In this document: positions 23,976-37,537 of the stretch, piece after piece
How positions within the stretch are numbered: the first letter of the stretch is position 1
Layout: each line of letters opens with the position of its first letter
Assembly: GCA_040437565.1 (NCBI GenBank)
Contig: JBDOQK010000063.1
Coordinates: 1 to 64,000, forward strand
Length of the DNA: 64,000 bases
Direction of reading: 5' to 3'
DNA from: Albugo candida
Taxonomy: Eukaryota
The notes under the pieces: model-generated
Database searches by the model: none
What the model saw: only the letters and a program-made list of their open reading frames with translations
Told to the model about the DNA's origin: nothing
Position numbers and translations under genes: made by a program

Positions 23976-24235
23976 ACAGTCTTGATAAAGGACAGTAGTG
24001 TACCTCGCAGGGTGATGAACGCTGTATAGAAAATAGACAATTAATGTAGAAGGAGGCAAAAGTCGTCACATCTTAAGGATTCAAATTTGTAATTTGTTTT
24101 CAAATTTTGAATCATTGAGCATCAATTCATGCCGCACGAGCTGATTCAGTTGGTTCAATTAATGTACAGATACAGGCCTTTGCGACTTACACTGGCTACG
24201 ACGGTTGCGTGGATGTAAGAAACATAAATACTCGG

Positions 24236-24492
24236 ATGCCGTACCAAACGCTTCCAGGAATTATTATCATGATCGGCGCTATCACCACAATGGGATTGGA
24301 CTGGGTTGGGTCACACGCTCACAAGCAAGGAATAATTGACAGGTATGCATGTGATCTCACCTTGCTGCTAATGGAATTTCTCATCAAATTCACGTATAGA
24401 GTAAATTACAACTATTGACGGATTGGGATCGAATGATGAATGCACGCGACCGAAGATTACGAGCACAAGAAGAGGAAACAGTTAACGGTTAA
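24236..24492 (+). pseudogene. NDUFA1: NDUFA1 duplicate with a 1-bp deletion
   Basis: Near-identical to 15464-15721, but atgggaGttgga is atgggattgga here, shifting the frame after MPYQTLPGIIIMIGAITTMG. Confidence 0.85.
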
Positions 24493-24770
24493 TCGAAACA
24501 TACTATAGCGTGAAAGGCTCTTGTGTGCAATGAACCATCTCCTGGCGACATTTCCATGGCAACCAAACGAAATAATACTCTGAGACGAGATAATGCTCCA
24601 AGTCTTCCTTCAAAACCCTACGGTTGTTTTTACCGAAAAGCGCTACAAATCAACTTGTAGTGACAATCTTTTCACAACGTATCTCGCATGAACGAAAGCG
24701 ACGTAAGCCCATGAAAGACAAGGAACTCAACAAACAAAAACTCTCAACATACGTATACTTTATTCAGGTG

Positions 24771-25694
24771 TCAAAAACGGTCGATGTAGAGATTTGAGGT
24801 GAGTCCAATCTCGTATTTCCCGAGTTGATCGAATGACCAGAAACTCGTATTTTTCCCGTGCATAAAGGAAGTCCCAAGCTCCCACATATCCTGATCCCAC
24901 ACATTTCTATATCGAATCGGAAGCACGCATTCAGTGCCTATACGGACGATCGTATGGTGTGCAAGATCAATATCGGAAAAATGCATACTTCTTTCACCCA
25001 ACCGGAACGCTACGTCCGGTAGAGAAGCGCTACATTTCACTTTGAAATACCCTGTTTCGTCAGTTGGCTTGGCTCCAAGTCTACTCGCAATATGTACAAT
25101 ATCTTCCATCGGTCCTGTGATCCAATGCGTCGACAGAGTGAAGACTGCATTGTATGACCTTACAACATGGGTCTCTGGTCCCACAGAGTATCCATCCATA
25201 TGCACCATCCATTCTCCTTGACTTCCGATTTCCGCGGGCAAATAAATCATTGCGCTGTCCCGATGCGATGTAATGTTTAGGTACAAATCCCTTCTGTTTG
25301 ACATCTGCGACGTGAAGACGATCCCTTTTCGTGCATTACTCAAGTGACCCAAATGAAGTGTTCCTTGTGATACCTTTTGCTGTCTAGCGAGACCGATCGG
25401 CCCTTCTGGATAGGAAGCAATGACACATAGACCAGCATTCCCGGCGAATAATACCCTGTGGTCGTAATCGATAGAGGTAAAAAGCATACAAAAGTGAAGC
25501 GTGGACGGTGTCGCAATCGTAAACGTATGGGATATGTCATCGATGAAAAAGTCGCCAACATACTGAGTGTCAATGAACTTTTCCAATCGGTCAAATGACT
25601 GTACTGTTCTGAGCGTTATGATGATATCCTTTCCGTACGCGGGAGGTAGTGCCAGCAGCACAAAGATCTTAATTATCAATAAAGGACTGATCAT
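24771..25694 (-). CDS. Secreted pepsin-like (A1 aspartic peptidase fold) protein lacking both catalytic Asp; intronless, 307 aa
   Basis: Signal peptide MISPLLIIKIFVLLALPPAYG. LEKFIDTQYVGDFFI..FTIATPST aligns to pepsin LxNYxDxQYxGxIxIG..FTVxFDTGSS. EWMVHMDGYSVG, AVFTLSTHWITGP (cf. AIVDTGTSLITGP), LGAK..GYFKVKC..LPDVAFRLG, ECVL, WELGTSF. Confidence 0.8.
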   Translation of the reverse strand: MISPLLIIKIFVLLALPPAYGKDIIITLRTVQSFDRLEKFIDTQYVGDFFIDDISHTFTIATPSTLHFCMLFTSIDYDHRVLFAGNAGLCVIASYPEGPIGLARQQKVSQGTLHLGHLSNARKGIVFTSQMSNRRDLYLNITSHRDSAMIYLPAEIGSQGEWMVHMDGYSVGPETHVVRSYNAVFTLSTHWITGPMEDIVHIASRLGAKPTDETGYFKVKCSASLPDVAFRLGERSMHFSDIDLAHHTIVRIGTECVLPIRYRNVWDQDMWELGTSFMHGKNTSFWSFDQLGKYEIGLTSNLYIDRF

Positions 25695-26283
25695 CGGCCT
25701 AATGCAAATGCTCAACAAAAGTGAGAATGAGTGTGGATAGCGACTGTGTGCTCATATATCGCCGTTCAGAGTGTCTTGCGACCTTCTTATGTCAGGAGGT
25801 ACGTGTTGTTACTTGGAGTAAACAGAGATGACTTTATCGCAGTCTGTGTCGATCAGTCAGTAGCGACTGCGTTGTAAAAGATAGAAATCGAATCGAAATC
25901 GCCGTCTGCGTCACATTAATTGAATTGTGGACTGAGACGAATGAGTTGATTTGATTGCGGAATTGACTATAGTGCGAATGCGACTGACTTTTGCAGTAAA
26001 ACTTATCATGAGTCGCAGTATTGAGAATGGAAGCATTGATCCGATGCGAGTGATGGTCGTCTAATTGTGCAATGACGCACGTACTTTGCTGCCTCTCTAC
26101 GAACCTAACATTAAATCCGCAAGGATCCCATGAATGCCGAGATCGTGGCGACGGCTATTGGTGAGAAGGTTTTGGAGACTTTANNNNNNNNNNNNNNNNN
26201 NNNNNNNNNNNNNNNNNNNNNNNNNNNNNNNNNNNNNNNNNNNNNNNNNNNNNNNNNNNNNNNNNNNNNNNNNNNNNNNNNNN

Positions 26284-27057
<774 letters not shown>

Positions 27058-28269
27058 TTTGTCGGCTGATGCGTATTTCTGAATCTGAATCTGAGGCCGA
27101 GTCTGAGTTATTATCCGCCAACGGTTTATAGGATGCATTCGATGATTAATTAATACTTGTCGTCGAACTGGACAGTACCCTTTTACCTACATTATGAAAA
27201 GGTAAAGGGGAAGGAAATCAGTCGCTCAAAACGATGAAATGTACACAACTTTGTCGTCCCATCAGCCCGTTGAGGTCATTTCGAAGCAATTTTATGAAGC
27301 CAGCGAATCCAATACCGAGAGTGTACACCTTGAATCAATACCAACATGATTGATGACTGTCACTTCACCATCCATCTGTACGACTCTGTCTTGTTGACCC
27401 ACAACTTTGACCACCAAGGCGTCACGATTACGTTCGGTAGATTCGATTAAAATTGGGTTTGATGAAGTTTCCAAACATTCACTTTTGACCTNNNNNNNNN
27501 NNNNNNNNNNNNNNNNNNNNNNNNNNNNNNNNNNNNNNNNNNNNNNNNNNNNNNNNNNNNNNNNNNNNNNNNNNNNNNNNNNNNNNNNNNNACATCGCGT
27601 TCAAATTGTCTTGGATTTGCATCAGAGCACATGGCCATCGACTTATGCCAAAGACGAAGCAGAGGTCGCACAAATCGCAATTGACAATTAGATGGAAGAT
27701 CCTGATGATGAGTCATATGCACACAATCCGAAAATGAAGAGCACGATCAACACTCTGAATGCGTGCGCGATACAACGGATGGGAATGTCGAGAGCGCGGA
27801 TGCAATAGAGCGAATTCGTTCGGATGATGGCTCAGGTATCATAACGGTGAGGAAAGAGCACGATGAGGACCCACGCGAGGACGAAAGAAAAACGCGTACG
27901 ATAGCCAGCAATGAATGCAATGGTGAGTACACTGATTTGAATGTCAAAACGATCGAGTTGGGTTTGAGTGTGCTGTATAACAGACCGAAATCATCCAAGC
28001 GTGTCCAGTGTCTCTACTTGTGTATGGCTTATACTCGATGACGGAACCGCAAAGACTGCGCAATTGGAAATTGTGACTAAACCGTACAAATGCGCGCTGC
28101 GTATCCAACTCTGGCACCAGCACTGTCACTTATAGCAATGCTGATTGCAATTCTGTTCTACTCTTTCCAGTTTGCTTATAAAGAAGTTATTACAGGAATA
28201 GCTCTTTGTGAGATTTGTATGGTTTAACTGGGACGGCCGTATAGTTGATGGGTGAACTCATCTCTACCA

Positions 28270-28930
28270 CCTAAGCTGTATTGAGTGTTGGAACCCACTC
28301 GACAACGCGATGCTTTATTGTTGGTGGTTGTATGTATGACATCGCTCCTTTTTTATGTACAGGGGGATGTATCAAAGCACGCTACCATTCGAGACAATCT
28401 CCTCTAAACAGATCTTCCTTTCTGGTAGTGATTGACTCTACAGGAATGACAACAGGAAGTTTGTATGCGTGATGGAATATTCTACCACCAATATGTCCCC
28501 AGCAAGGTAATTGTCAACTTTCAGAACAACAACGAACACGTCGTGTCTTGGCTTCCATTCGCTCGTTTTGGATCTGTGTATCTCACACTCATTATCGATT
28601 CTTTTTCTGCGGACAGAGGTTGGATCCTCACCGATATTATGGACTTCCATGGAAGATTGAGATTGCCACCATCTCATGTGTATGCACCACCTCGGGGATC
28701 ATGTGGGGTCTCTCTAGTTGACCCATTTCCCGTCCACTCCTGCATCGTGGATTCTAGCGCACTCATGGCAGTTTGTGAAACGGATAGCACTAGAGGATGT
28801 GGATGAAGGCTCCTTCGATACTTTGCATTGAATTGGTATATACAAGATGAATTTTTCTACGGGGGGGGTAGGCAGAAGAATGGTGCAATTTATAATAAGG
28901 TCTCCCCTACTTGAAATCACTGCACCTCAC
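28270..28930. pseudogene. Degenerate relic, inverted homolog of 12880-13470
   Basis: Translated similarity ARYHSRQS..RSS.LV.IDSTG...GSLYA and HQYVP..VIVN...N.E..VSWLP between the two copies. Confidence 0.45.
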
Positions 28931-28973
28931 CCGGCAACACTTTGAATGTGCTAATTATGTTTAGTGTGTCCAT

Positions 28974-30001
28974 TTACCACGCCTTCAACTCCATTTCATG
29001 ATCACGGATTTGCAAATTTGGTTCTTCAACTTTAACTCTTGAATCGACAGTAACGGCATTTCCCTTCAGAAAGGAAGCACCCAGGATACGTTTATTTCCT
29101 CATTGTTAAAGACGAAATAGACAAAATCTACCTCCTTAAAGATGAAAGGTTCGTAAGGAAACACAAATTCGTCAACCTTCTTGTGGAACATCAAGATACC
29201 GTGTCTGTCCTAGCCATTGTATTTGTAATTCTGGAATGATTCGTGGATATCCCAGCAACCTTCTTCTTCATATACACCATCCCGTACTTTATAGTCTTGA
29301 GGAATGGCTGATTTGAGTTCGTGGTAGAGTGCATTTGGAACTGTAGTGATGTTATGGGTAGGGTCAAATTCAAATCGATATGGATATTCGACGCCAAATA
29401 GGTCCATTTCCCAATCTCCTTCCGTGCCAAAAAAGACGTCTGGCATATTGGAGGGGAAGGAATTGTCGTCTTCGAAGTGGAGGTAGGGACCTTGATTCAT
29501 TGACATTCTGATTGAATAAACACCCGGATGCCTAATCGTTTAACCTTTTGGTTCCATAATGTGAGCTTTATTGGAAACGTGTATCACTTTTCTGTGGATC
29601 CACATGGTCAACGCGTCCGATTGAATTTTCCATCCAATAATATAATTTAGAGGCAGCGAAGAAGACGTGGCGCATTTTTCCGCTTGCAAACCTGACTCTG
29701 GGCGACATTCGCCCCGCCTATAGTCTGGGGTGTTATCAAGCACAAGGGTTACCGTGTACTCGTTGGCAATCTCTTCTCGCATCATCTCCGCTCCATATTG
29801 TACGAGTTTCAAACGAGGGTCTATTTTGGCTTCCAATCCACTTTCAAAAGGGCAAAAAATTTGTTCTCATGCTTCACATTATGTATATCTGCTGATACAG
29901 GGATCAATCTGACGTAATTGGCACCTCCTACGAAACGCTCATACGCGTGGAATGTCCCGAATAGAGATAGACCAAAAATTTTTGAAAAAACTCACTTTCA
30001 T
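28974..30001 (-). pseudogene. Disrupted paralog of the 11557 secreted pepsin-fold-like gene
   Basis: MKVSFFK/IFGLSLFGTFHAYERFVG..YVRL vs MKAFLFKTFTVAVLGAFQAHRRFVA..HVNL; GLEA; HPGVYS vs HPAIYS; LHFEDD vs LHFGDD; FDPTHNITTVP; ILGASFLKGNAVTVDS; ends HEMELKAW*. Stops at 29540 and 29210 plus frameshifts. Confidence 0.8.
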
Positions 30002-30641
30002 CGACTAACTGAAGCGGTGATTTTTGTTGAATGAGATCATATATCATCCCATTACCAGTCTTCTAGAACGTTCTTGCGCTTCTTGTTAGGTTTGATGAAT
30101 GTAAGGAGTTGTACAAGTTTTGTTCGATGCAAATCGTACTTTAGACACATACTTTGTATGCTTAGTAACCCTATCGCTGCGTAAACATTCAGTTGAGACA
30201 GCTGTGTCCAGCGATCGCAATGACGTACCTCACCCGATACGCTATTTTACAATATTGAATGATGCTGTAAACACAAAATCGGTGTACTTGCGGGCAGAGG
30301 CCGGGAGCGTGGGTGAGTATTGAGGGTTGAGAGATGTAACGATCACGATTGGACGTTCTACCTGTACTAGTAAAAAACTGAATATATAGACGTACTTATA
30401 CGTATACTTATCACTTGAGTTCGTTGGCCCAAAATGGTATTCCTTGGTGGTGAGCTTCTGACCGGTTCAGCCTGTCCCAGCAATGTATCCTAATTTCAAT
30501 GGATAGCACCGCCGAGTTGGGGCAAATACTTGGCGATAAGTATGAGTATATGACAATGCCTCATTCTATTAAGAAACGCGAAGTGATTGCAACTAGCTCT
30601 TTTCATTACTCAATTTACCATACTACGCTCAAAGAAATTGC

Positions 30642-33600
30642 TGATGTGTGTTAAGCGTATCTTTTTTTTTATCGTATCTAACGTAATCAGCCGATAAAAG
30701 ATCTTAATACCCGTACTTTACATTTTTTCTAATAGTAGGTCAAAGCAGACCCCAAGCAATAGTAGAAGGGGATCTGCTAGAAGCACAGAGGATATCAAAG
30801 TTAACTCTAGGTAAGTACTTTAGAGCGAGTTGTCAGAGGTTTACAAATAGCCTTTATAGTCGAAGCTCAAGCGGCGCCTCAAGTTGACGACACGAGCACC
30901 AACGAGAACATTCATGCGGAGCTGGATCGGATAGCGTCCGACTCAGAAGAAAGAAGCCAAAAAAGGGCATTTCGAAAGTTAGATCCATCTGGACCCTTCA
31001 TCGGAGAGCTAACGGAAGAGCGAGTTCGACGGATGACGGGGGACTGTGAGATGATGGATGTTTCCGGAGAAGACCGAATTGCCAACGCGCCACAACTCCC
31101 TAGACACCCTATGTACAAAGGGGAGACGTCGAATGACAAAAGGGAGTTTGTGAAGAAATACCGGGATTATTATAACACGCTACTGGCGTCACGAAACTTG
31201 CCAGAATAGACCATTCGTCATGCCGGCATCAGCGTGCGTGGAGGTATGGACAAAAGAGCAAATCCTGAAGTTTGAGATGGAAAAATCCAGAATGGAAGTA
31301 ACGGAGCAACATTAGATCAATTACTTTCGAGAAGGAGGATAGCCGGATCACGTGGATTCGGCAAAGATTGATGATGAAATACGCAAGCTAAAGATGGATT
31401 TTACTCTGACCGATGCAAGCTCACGAATTTCTCGTCTAAGAAACCAGATATTTCGGGTATTGGGTCAACACGGTCTGCAGGATTATGTGGAATATGCGGA
31501 TCCAAAAGAATTGTTCAGTGGATAGTGCATGCGTTGGAGCCGCCAACGTTCAAACGAAAAATCGTAGGAAAGTTGGGAATGGACGTTCATAAGACAAAGA
31601 AGAAGAATACCGTAGTCTTTAACAATTGGTGCCAAGATTTATTGAAGAGCTTTATGGAGTGGGAACCAGTATCAACATCAACCAGTATGTCGCACAGAGT
31701 TGAGGTTAAAGAAGCTAAGACGACCAAGTTGGTACAACGCGAGAATTATAAGAAAAGTAAAGACGAGGAGTCTTTGCGAACGGTCCAAACAGGAAACAGC
31801 TTTTAAGTCTTTTTTTAAAGTGCGATAGTACGGAACATTCCGTTCGAAACTGTCCGTCATGTGCAAAAGGAGAGGCTGACAGATTGCTGAAATATAGGAT
31901 ATCTGAATCGGAAAGGAAAGTGAAAAAAGCAATGGCAAGCTGTTGCAGTGGAAAGGTCATGACTACGGTGGATGGCATCGAAAATGACAAAACTCTATTG
32001 AATTAAGGATCGGATTGTCGGATGATATCCCTTGGCCCCGTGAAAGTGCTTTCGGCTTCGAAACATCTGCCGATAAAAGACTGAAAGGTTCCGTTGAAGA
32101 TAGCCACCGTAGGGAAGACGCCATTATGGGTAAAACGAAGTCTGCTTTTAGCCTGTGTGTAGTTCACTACAAATAAGGGGCGGCCGCTTGTATGGCGAAA
32201 TTTGGAAGTCATGGTAAATGAAGAAGATGAATCATTCTCGTTACTCATGGATAGAAATTTGATGGAGACGATAGGGTATTCGGTGGAGGCGATTTTGCAA
32301 GGAACAAGAGAAAAACAAACAGTCTGGGAAGCGTCCGTTGATGAAACGCAAGAAGTACAGACTCCGGTTAGTAAGTCTTTGCAAAGCTTTGAGAAAAAGC
32401 TGTATGCAGACCTTCATGATACTGTCGACGAAGCAGAACGGTGTCTTTCACTCCGGAAGTGACGTGTAGTGAAACTCAACGAGAAACGGTTAATGCCGTA
32501 TTGGAGAAAGAGATGAGCGAGGTGGAGGAAGCAGGAGCCACAGTGGAGTCAGCCGACCGTCTAAAGGCACATTTTACCAAGTATGGGGATATATTCCGAG
32601 CGGAACTCGCTTCAGGCCTTCGTGTAAAAGTTGCACCGTTGCAAGTCATTCTAAAAGAGGGATCCATAACATTCATGACGAAATCGAGGAGTTATCCACC
32701 AATTCATGAAGACTACATGGATAAACATCTCGCGGACCTGATGAAGCACGATTTGATACATCGTTATCCGGATTCAAGATGGGGTAGTGCCCTGCGTATT
32801 AAAGCGAAGAAGGAAGTCGGATCTTACCCTATGACGGTGAATCTACGGGCAATAAATGAAGTGATGGTTCCTATGGCATGGCCCATGCCGCACCTCGAAG
32901 AAATTTTGGCGAAGTTGGAGGAATCAAGATGCCATTTTTCTTTGGATTGTTTTCGATTCTACTAACAACTACCATTACATCCAAGTAGCCGAGATTATTT
33001 TACTGTGGTGACGCCGAATAGTTTGTTCACGGCAAATCGAGTTATCATGGGATCGACAGATCCAGGTGCTTATTCACAAAAGGTAGCCAAAGAAGTCATG
33101 AAGCCAGGACCAGGAAAAGACGTACAGGTCTGGCTGGATGATGTCTTGGGATGTGCGGAGAATGATAAGCCATTTGCTGGCTGCACTTGGGGTGGTCCTG
33201 CAAAGATGCCAAGACTTTATAATTAAACTACATCCAGAGAAATGCACTTTTCTTTCGTATTCAACCGTGTGGTGTGGAAAATGGATTTCAAGCGAGGACA
33301 TAAGTCGTTGCGCGAGTCGGGTACAAGGCCTGTGTGAGCTCGCAACTCCAAAAACCGTTTACGAACTTCAACAGTTCTTATATGCCGTAAACTGGATGCG
33401 AAACAACATTCCAAAAATTACCGGCACTTGTAAAAGACCCACAGGACGTTCTGGTACAAGCAACAAAGTCTGCAGGAAGCAGAAAGAAAAAGAATCTCAT
33501 GACCGTGTTTTTACGCGATCATGATGGAGTTCTAAGCAGGATGCATGTCTACAAAAGATTAAAGGAGTTTTGTCTGAAATGGTGCCTATGGCGCATCCAA

Positions 33601-36024
33601 AAGATGCCTGGGACGTGTGTCTGTATACAGATGCATCTTAAGATCATTGGGGGGCATAATTACACAAGTAGCAATGGGGGAATTCTCAAAACCCAGCATG
33701 GATTAAGAGCATTTCCACTCGCTTTTATGAGCGGGTCGCTCAAAGGAAGTACGTTGAAATGGGCAACGATTGAGAAGAAGCGTTTGCGATAGTGGAGACA
33801 TGCAAGCGGATGGCATACTTGTTGCTGCGACAAAAAGGATTCCATATATTTACCGACCATCGAAATCTGCAGTTCATATTTGACCCAAGAAGTATTGATA
33901 ATGCGGTAGCTCGATACAGAGCCGACAAATTCCAGCGATGGTCGATGGTGTTACAAATGTTTCACTATACTGGGGAGCACGTGGCCGGAAGCGAAAATGT
34001 ATAAGGTGATTTGTTATAACGGTGGAGTCGACCTAATTATAACAACGAGCGCGTGTCAGGTAGGTGCTGTGCTTTATCAGTTGTCACGAATGTGTCGCCT
34101 CAAGAAAACACGGATTTTGAATGGCCGTCATTGGATGAGACCAAAGCAATCCAAGACAAGGAGCTTGTTAGGCAAGCGGCTACCAACTAGACCAAGGATG
34201 CAGTGAGGTTAGTTTGGGTAGATGCACAGGGACGTACAATATGGATACCAGATCATGCGGTGGATCTACAGCAACGGTTATGTGTCATTGCACATGCGGG
34301 TGTAGCAGGTCATCGTGGAATTGGAACAACTTATGAAATTCTGGTGGCAAATGTGGTATGAAAAACCATGAGAGACGACGTGCACAAGTTTGTTATCAAA
34401 TGTTTATACTGTTTGGGAATTCAGGATGAGAGGTGTCCACGCCCGTACGGCGAAAAACTACGTTCAAAAAAACCAAATGAGATTATACACTTTGACTAAC
34501 TATCGATGCCAGAAGGCTTGGATGGTTTGCGTTATGTCCTTGTACTGAAGGATGGGATGTGCGGGCTCTGTGCATTTATCCCGACAACCGTTGCCAATAC
34601 GGTAGTTACCGTCAACGCTTTGATGGATTGGTTTAAGCGGTATGGTGTGGTGGCGTTGTGGGTATCCGATCAAGGATCACATTTCAAAAACGAAATGATG
34701 GAGAGGTTACGTAAGCTGCTTGGTGCGCAGCACCATTTCGTTACCGCATACTGTCCATGGGCAAATGAACCCGTAGAAGTGCTGAACAGGCAATTACTGA
34801 AGGTAATGCGGTCACTTTTAAGCGAGAAGCGGCAACCGATTGGACAATGGCCGCAATTATTGTCACTGTGNNNNNNNNNNNNNNNNNNNNNNNNNNNNNN
34901 NNNNNNNNNNNNNNNNNNNNNNNNNNNNNNNNNNNNNNNNNNNNNNNNNNNNNNNNNNNNNNNNNNNNNNGCACCATTTCGTTACCGCATACTGTCCATG
35001 GGCAAATGAACCCGTAGAAGTGCTGAACAGGCAATTACTGAAGGTAATGCGGTCACTTTTAAGCGAGAAGCGGCAACCGATTGGACAATGGCCGCAATTA
35101 TTGTCACTGTGTTAGTGAAGCATAAACCAACTACCGTCGAGTCGACTTGGTGTTATTAACCCACTGACGGCGTTTACAGCGCTCCCTCCACGAGATCCGA
35201 TCAGGATCATCTATAGGCCAGCTGGACTGACAGGGATGTCGTCATTTACAGAGCATGCGATCAATGAGAAACAACAAAATCACATGCATGATCTCCAGCA
35301 AACACTTGACGCTATGCAAAAACAATTGTCCGATACGGTGCGAAAAAACAACGAAGTGACACGAAGACGACACGAATTGAAATACGGCGTGCAGGCCGTG
35401 AATTTCGAAATTGGTGATTATGTCTTATCCGGAAATGTCACTCGACGCGAAAACAAGTTGATTCTCCATTGGAAGGGTCCTTAACGGGTGGTGGCTACGA
35501 TTAATATATGGACTTATGACGTACAGGAACTTGTCGCCCCGTTTGCCATCATCACGTGGCACATCAAGCGTTTAGAATTTTTCAGGGAAAAATATCTCGG
35601 GGTTACCCAAGATTTACGGGAATATGCAACGTATGCAAATGGTTTGGAATATGGTCTAACGTTTTCTGGACTACAAAATGAACCCCGATACGCATCAGTG
35701 GGAGGTGTGTTAGTCCAATGGCGGGGTTTGGACGAAGCCTAAAATAGCTGGGAGCCTGCGCGTGTCCTCTTGGAAGATGTACGGCTATTATTGGCGCGGT
35801 GGGTACGTACCGATGCCAAGGCGGAAGACATGCGAAGTTTTGTCCTCAACGAAACTTGAAGCAGGAGAGGGAAATGATGTGTGTTATGCGTATCTTTTAT
35901 CGTATTAAACGTAACTAGCCGATAAAAGATCTTAATACACGTACTTTACATTTTTCGAATAGTAGGTCAGAGCAGACCCCAATCAATAGTAGAAGGCGAT
36001 CTGCTAGAAGCACAGACAATATCA
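30642..36024 (+). mobile_element. Ty3/Gypsy LTR retrotransposon with chromodomain, degenerate
   Basis: LTRs 30642-30797 and 35875-36024 (TG...CA). 5-bp TSD ATTGC (30637-30641 / 36025-36029). PPT GGAGAGGGAAA. RT (WPMPHLE, LDCFRFY, VWLDDVL), RNaseH (FTDHRNL), integrase (WVSDQGSHFKN) and chromodomain LVQWRGLDEA*NSWEP. Confidence 0.95.
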
Positions 36025-36702
36025 ATTGCCAAGATGCTATTCAGCATCCAAAATCATCCGCAGAAGCAATCTGATCCCATCGGAGCCAAAAACGCTGCAT
36101 TAAGGATCGATCGATTCTGATGAGAAAACCACTCGTTTTCCCTTTGCGGCCTTCAAAGTCTTTTGTTGAAATAGTAGAGGCAATTGTTATCAGTAGTACA
36201 CGATACACGTAAAGCCATCGTAAACTTTCTGTACATCGAATAGAGGCTTCATATTGCTGTCTCCAATTGAGAAGAGCACGCGTTTTGAACTTTCTCACTT
36301 GTCTAAAGTCAGACTCGAAAGTGGCAAAAGTAATGAGATTACCAACGTGGCTTTTTGCAAAGCGTCTCAGCTGTATCATATAGAAAAATAAAAGAACACA
36401 TCCGAATCAGCAAACTCGCTCTCTTTTTTGTCTTTGCATCCGCAGGAGGTAATTAGATCAGTTTTTTCTATAGTGCCACAAAGAAACGCTCAGAATTCGA
36501 TGCGATGAAACCGCGCATTGAATCTCATGTATGCAGTCAAGACTCATACGCCTGAAGTACGCCGTTTTTCCTCTGTCATTGGCAAAAGAGACTCAATTCT
36601 TGGCACTTTGGCCACTCGGATGTCACCAACCTTTCAGACCTTCTAGAGTCCTTTTGCTTGCTTTGTTGATTTTTAAATACAGAGCAATCATACATCAGGA
36701 AC

Positions 36703-37270
36703 GATGACGCAAGTCGGTACAGACGTCCTAAATGTGTCCATCACAAGCGCTGTGATGGTCAAACCGTCCACATTGTGTACAATCCGAGCGGAGTATACAG
36801 AGTGCGGCCGCGTATGGCACACACAGCGCATATTTAGGGAATTCCAAGGGTTATGAGATCGTTTGTTGGAGCTGTTGGAAGCTGCAGAGTATATTTTTCC
36901 GTGAACGCCTTTATGCATTGAATCAGTTTTTGCATCGTGTCTTAGTCTTACTTCCCCATATTCGACGAAAAGGCCATGTCGCGACGTATTTTGGCATGTG
37001 TTTCATGTTCGAGTCGTTTCTAGGAAGGCGCAACAGTCTCACTAAGACGAAAGCTTCAAAAAAGGTATGGTGGTTCCAATGTCTGTATGTAAAGGATTTG
37101 GTGCGTCCTGAGAGTGTTATTGCAGTCGCCAAAGTGACTGCGAGCGATGATTGTGACGCAAACGCGCACAAGCTGTGTAGAAGCTGAAAAAAAGAATACA
37201 AAAACTTCTTCCCAGGGCATTCTCACACTCCATATAACGACAGAAGATCACACACTCCTCGGAACGAATG
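36703..37270 (+). pseudogene. Inverted duplicate of the PX-like gene, with internal deletion and stops
   Basis: MTQVGTDVLNVSITSAVMVKPSTLCTIRAEYTECGRVWHTQR... matches 9629 onward. The segment between LEAAE and RLYALNQFL is missing. Confidence 0.85.
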
Positions 37271-37537
37271 ATTTGAAGAGAAGGCTATCAAGCGTCTGAG
37301 AAGGACGCACGCACCACTCAATACACTTAAACAAGGTATCTATCCTGGATGAGTTCCATCGCACCCTTACTGAGGCTTTCGAACGGTAGTCAATGAGCTG
37401 GTCTCCATCGACACAGAATTTCAGCTACATTTCCATCACTACGGATCTCACGAGCTGCCATTGCCTGCTATTTTTCAATGTCGCTTGAATGTGTGTGGGA
37501 ATTGGGGCAAATAACTGTCTAAGTGAGCTCGATATCT

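Noticed and set aside
27100-28270. Short ORFs between SAHH copy 2 and the relic (e.g. IDSRCTLSVL, acidic ORF at 27763)
   Set aside because: Possibly retroelement debris, but too short and split by a gap to support a call.
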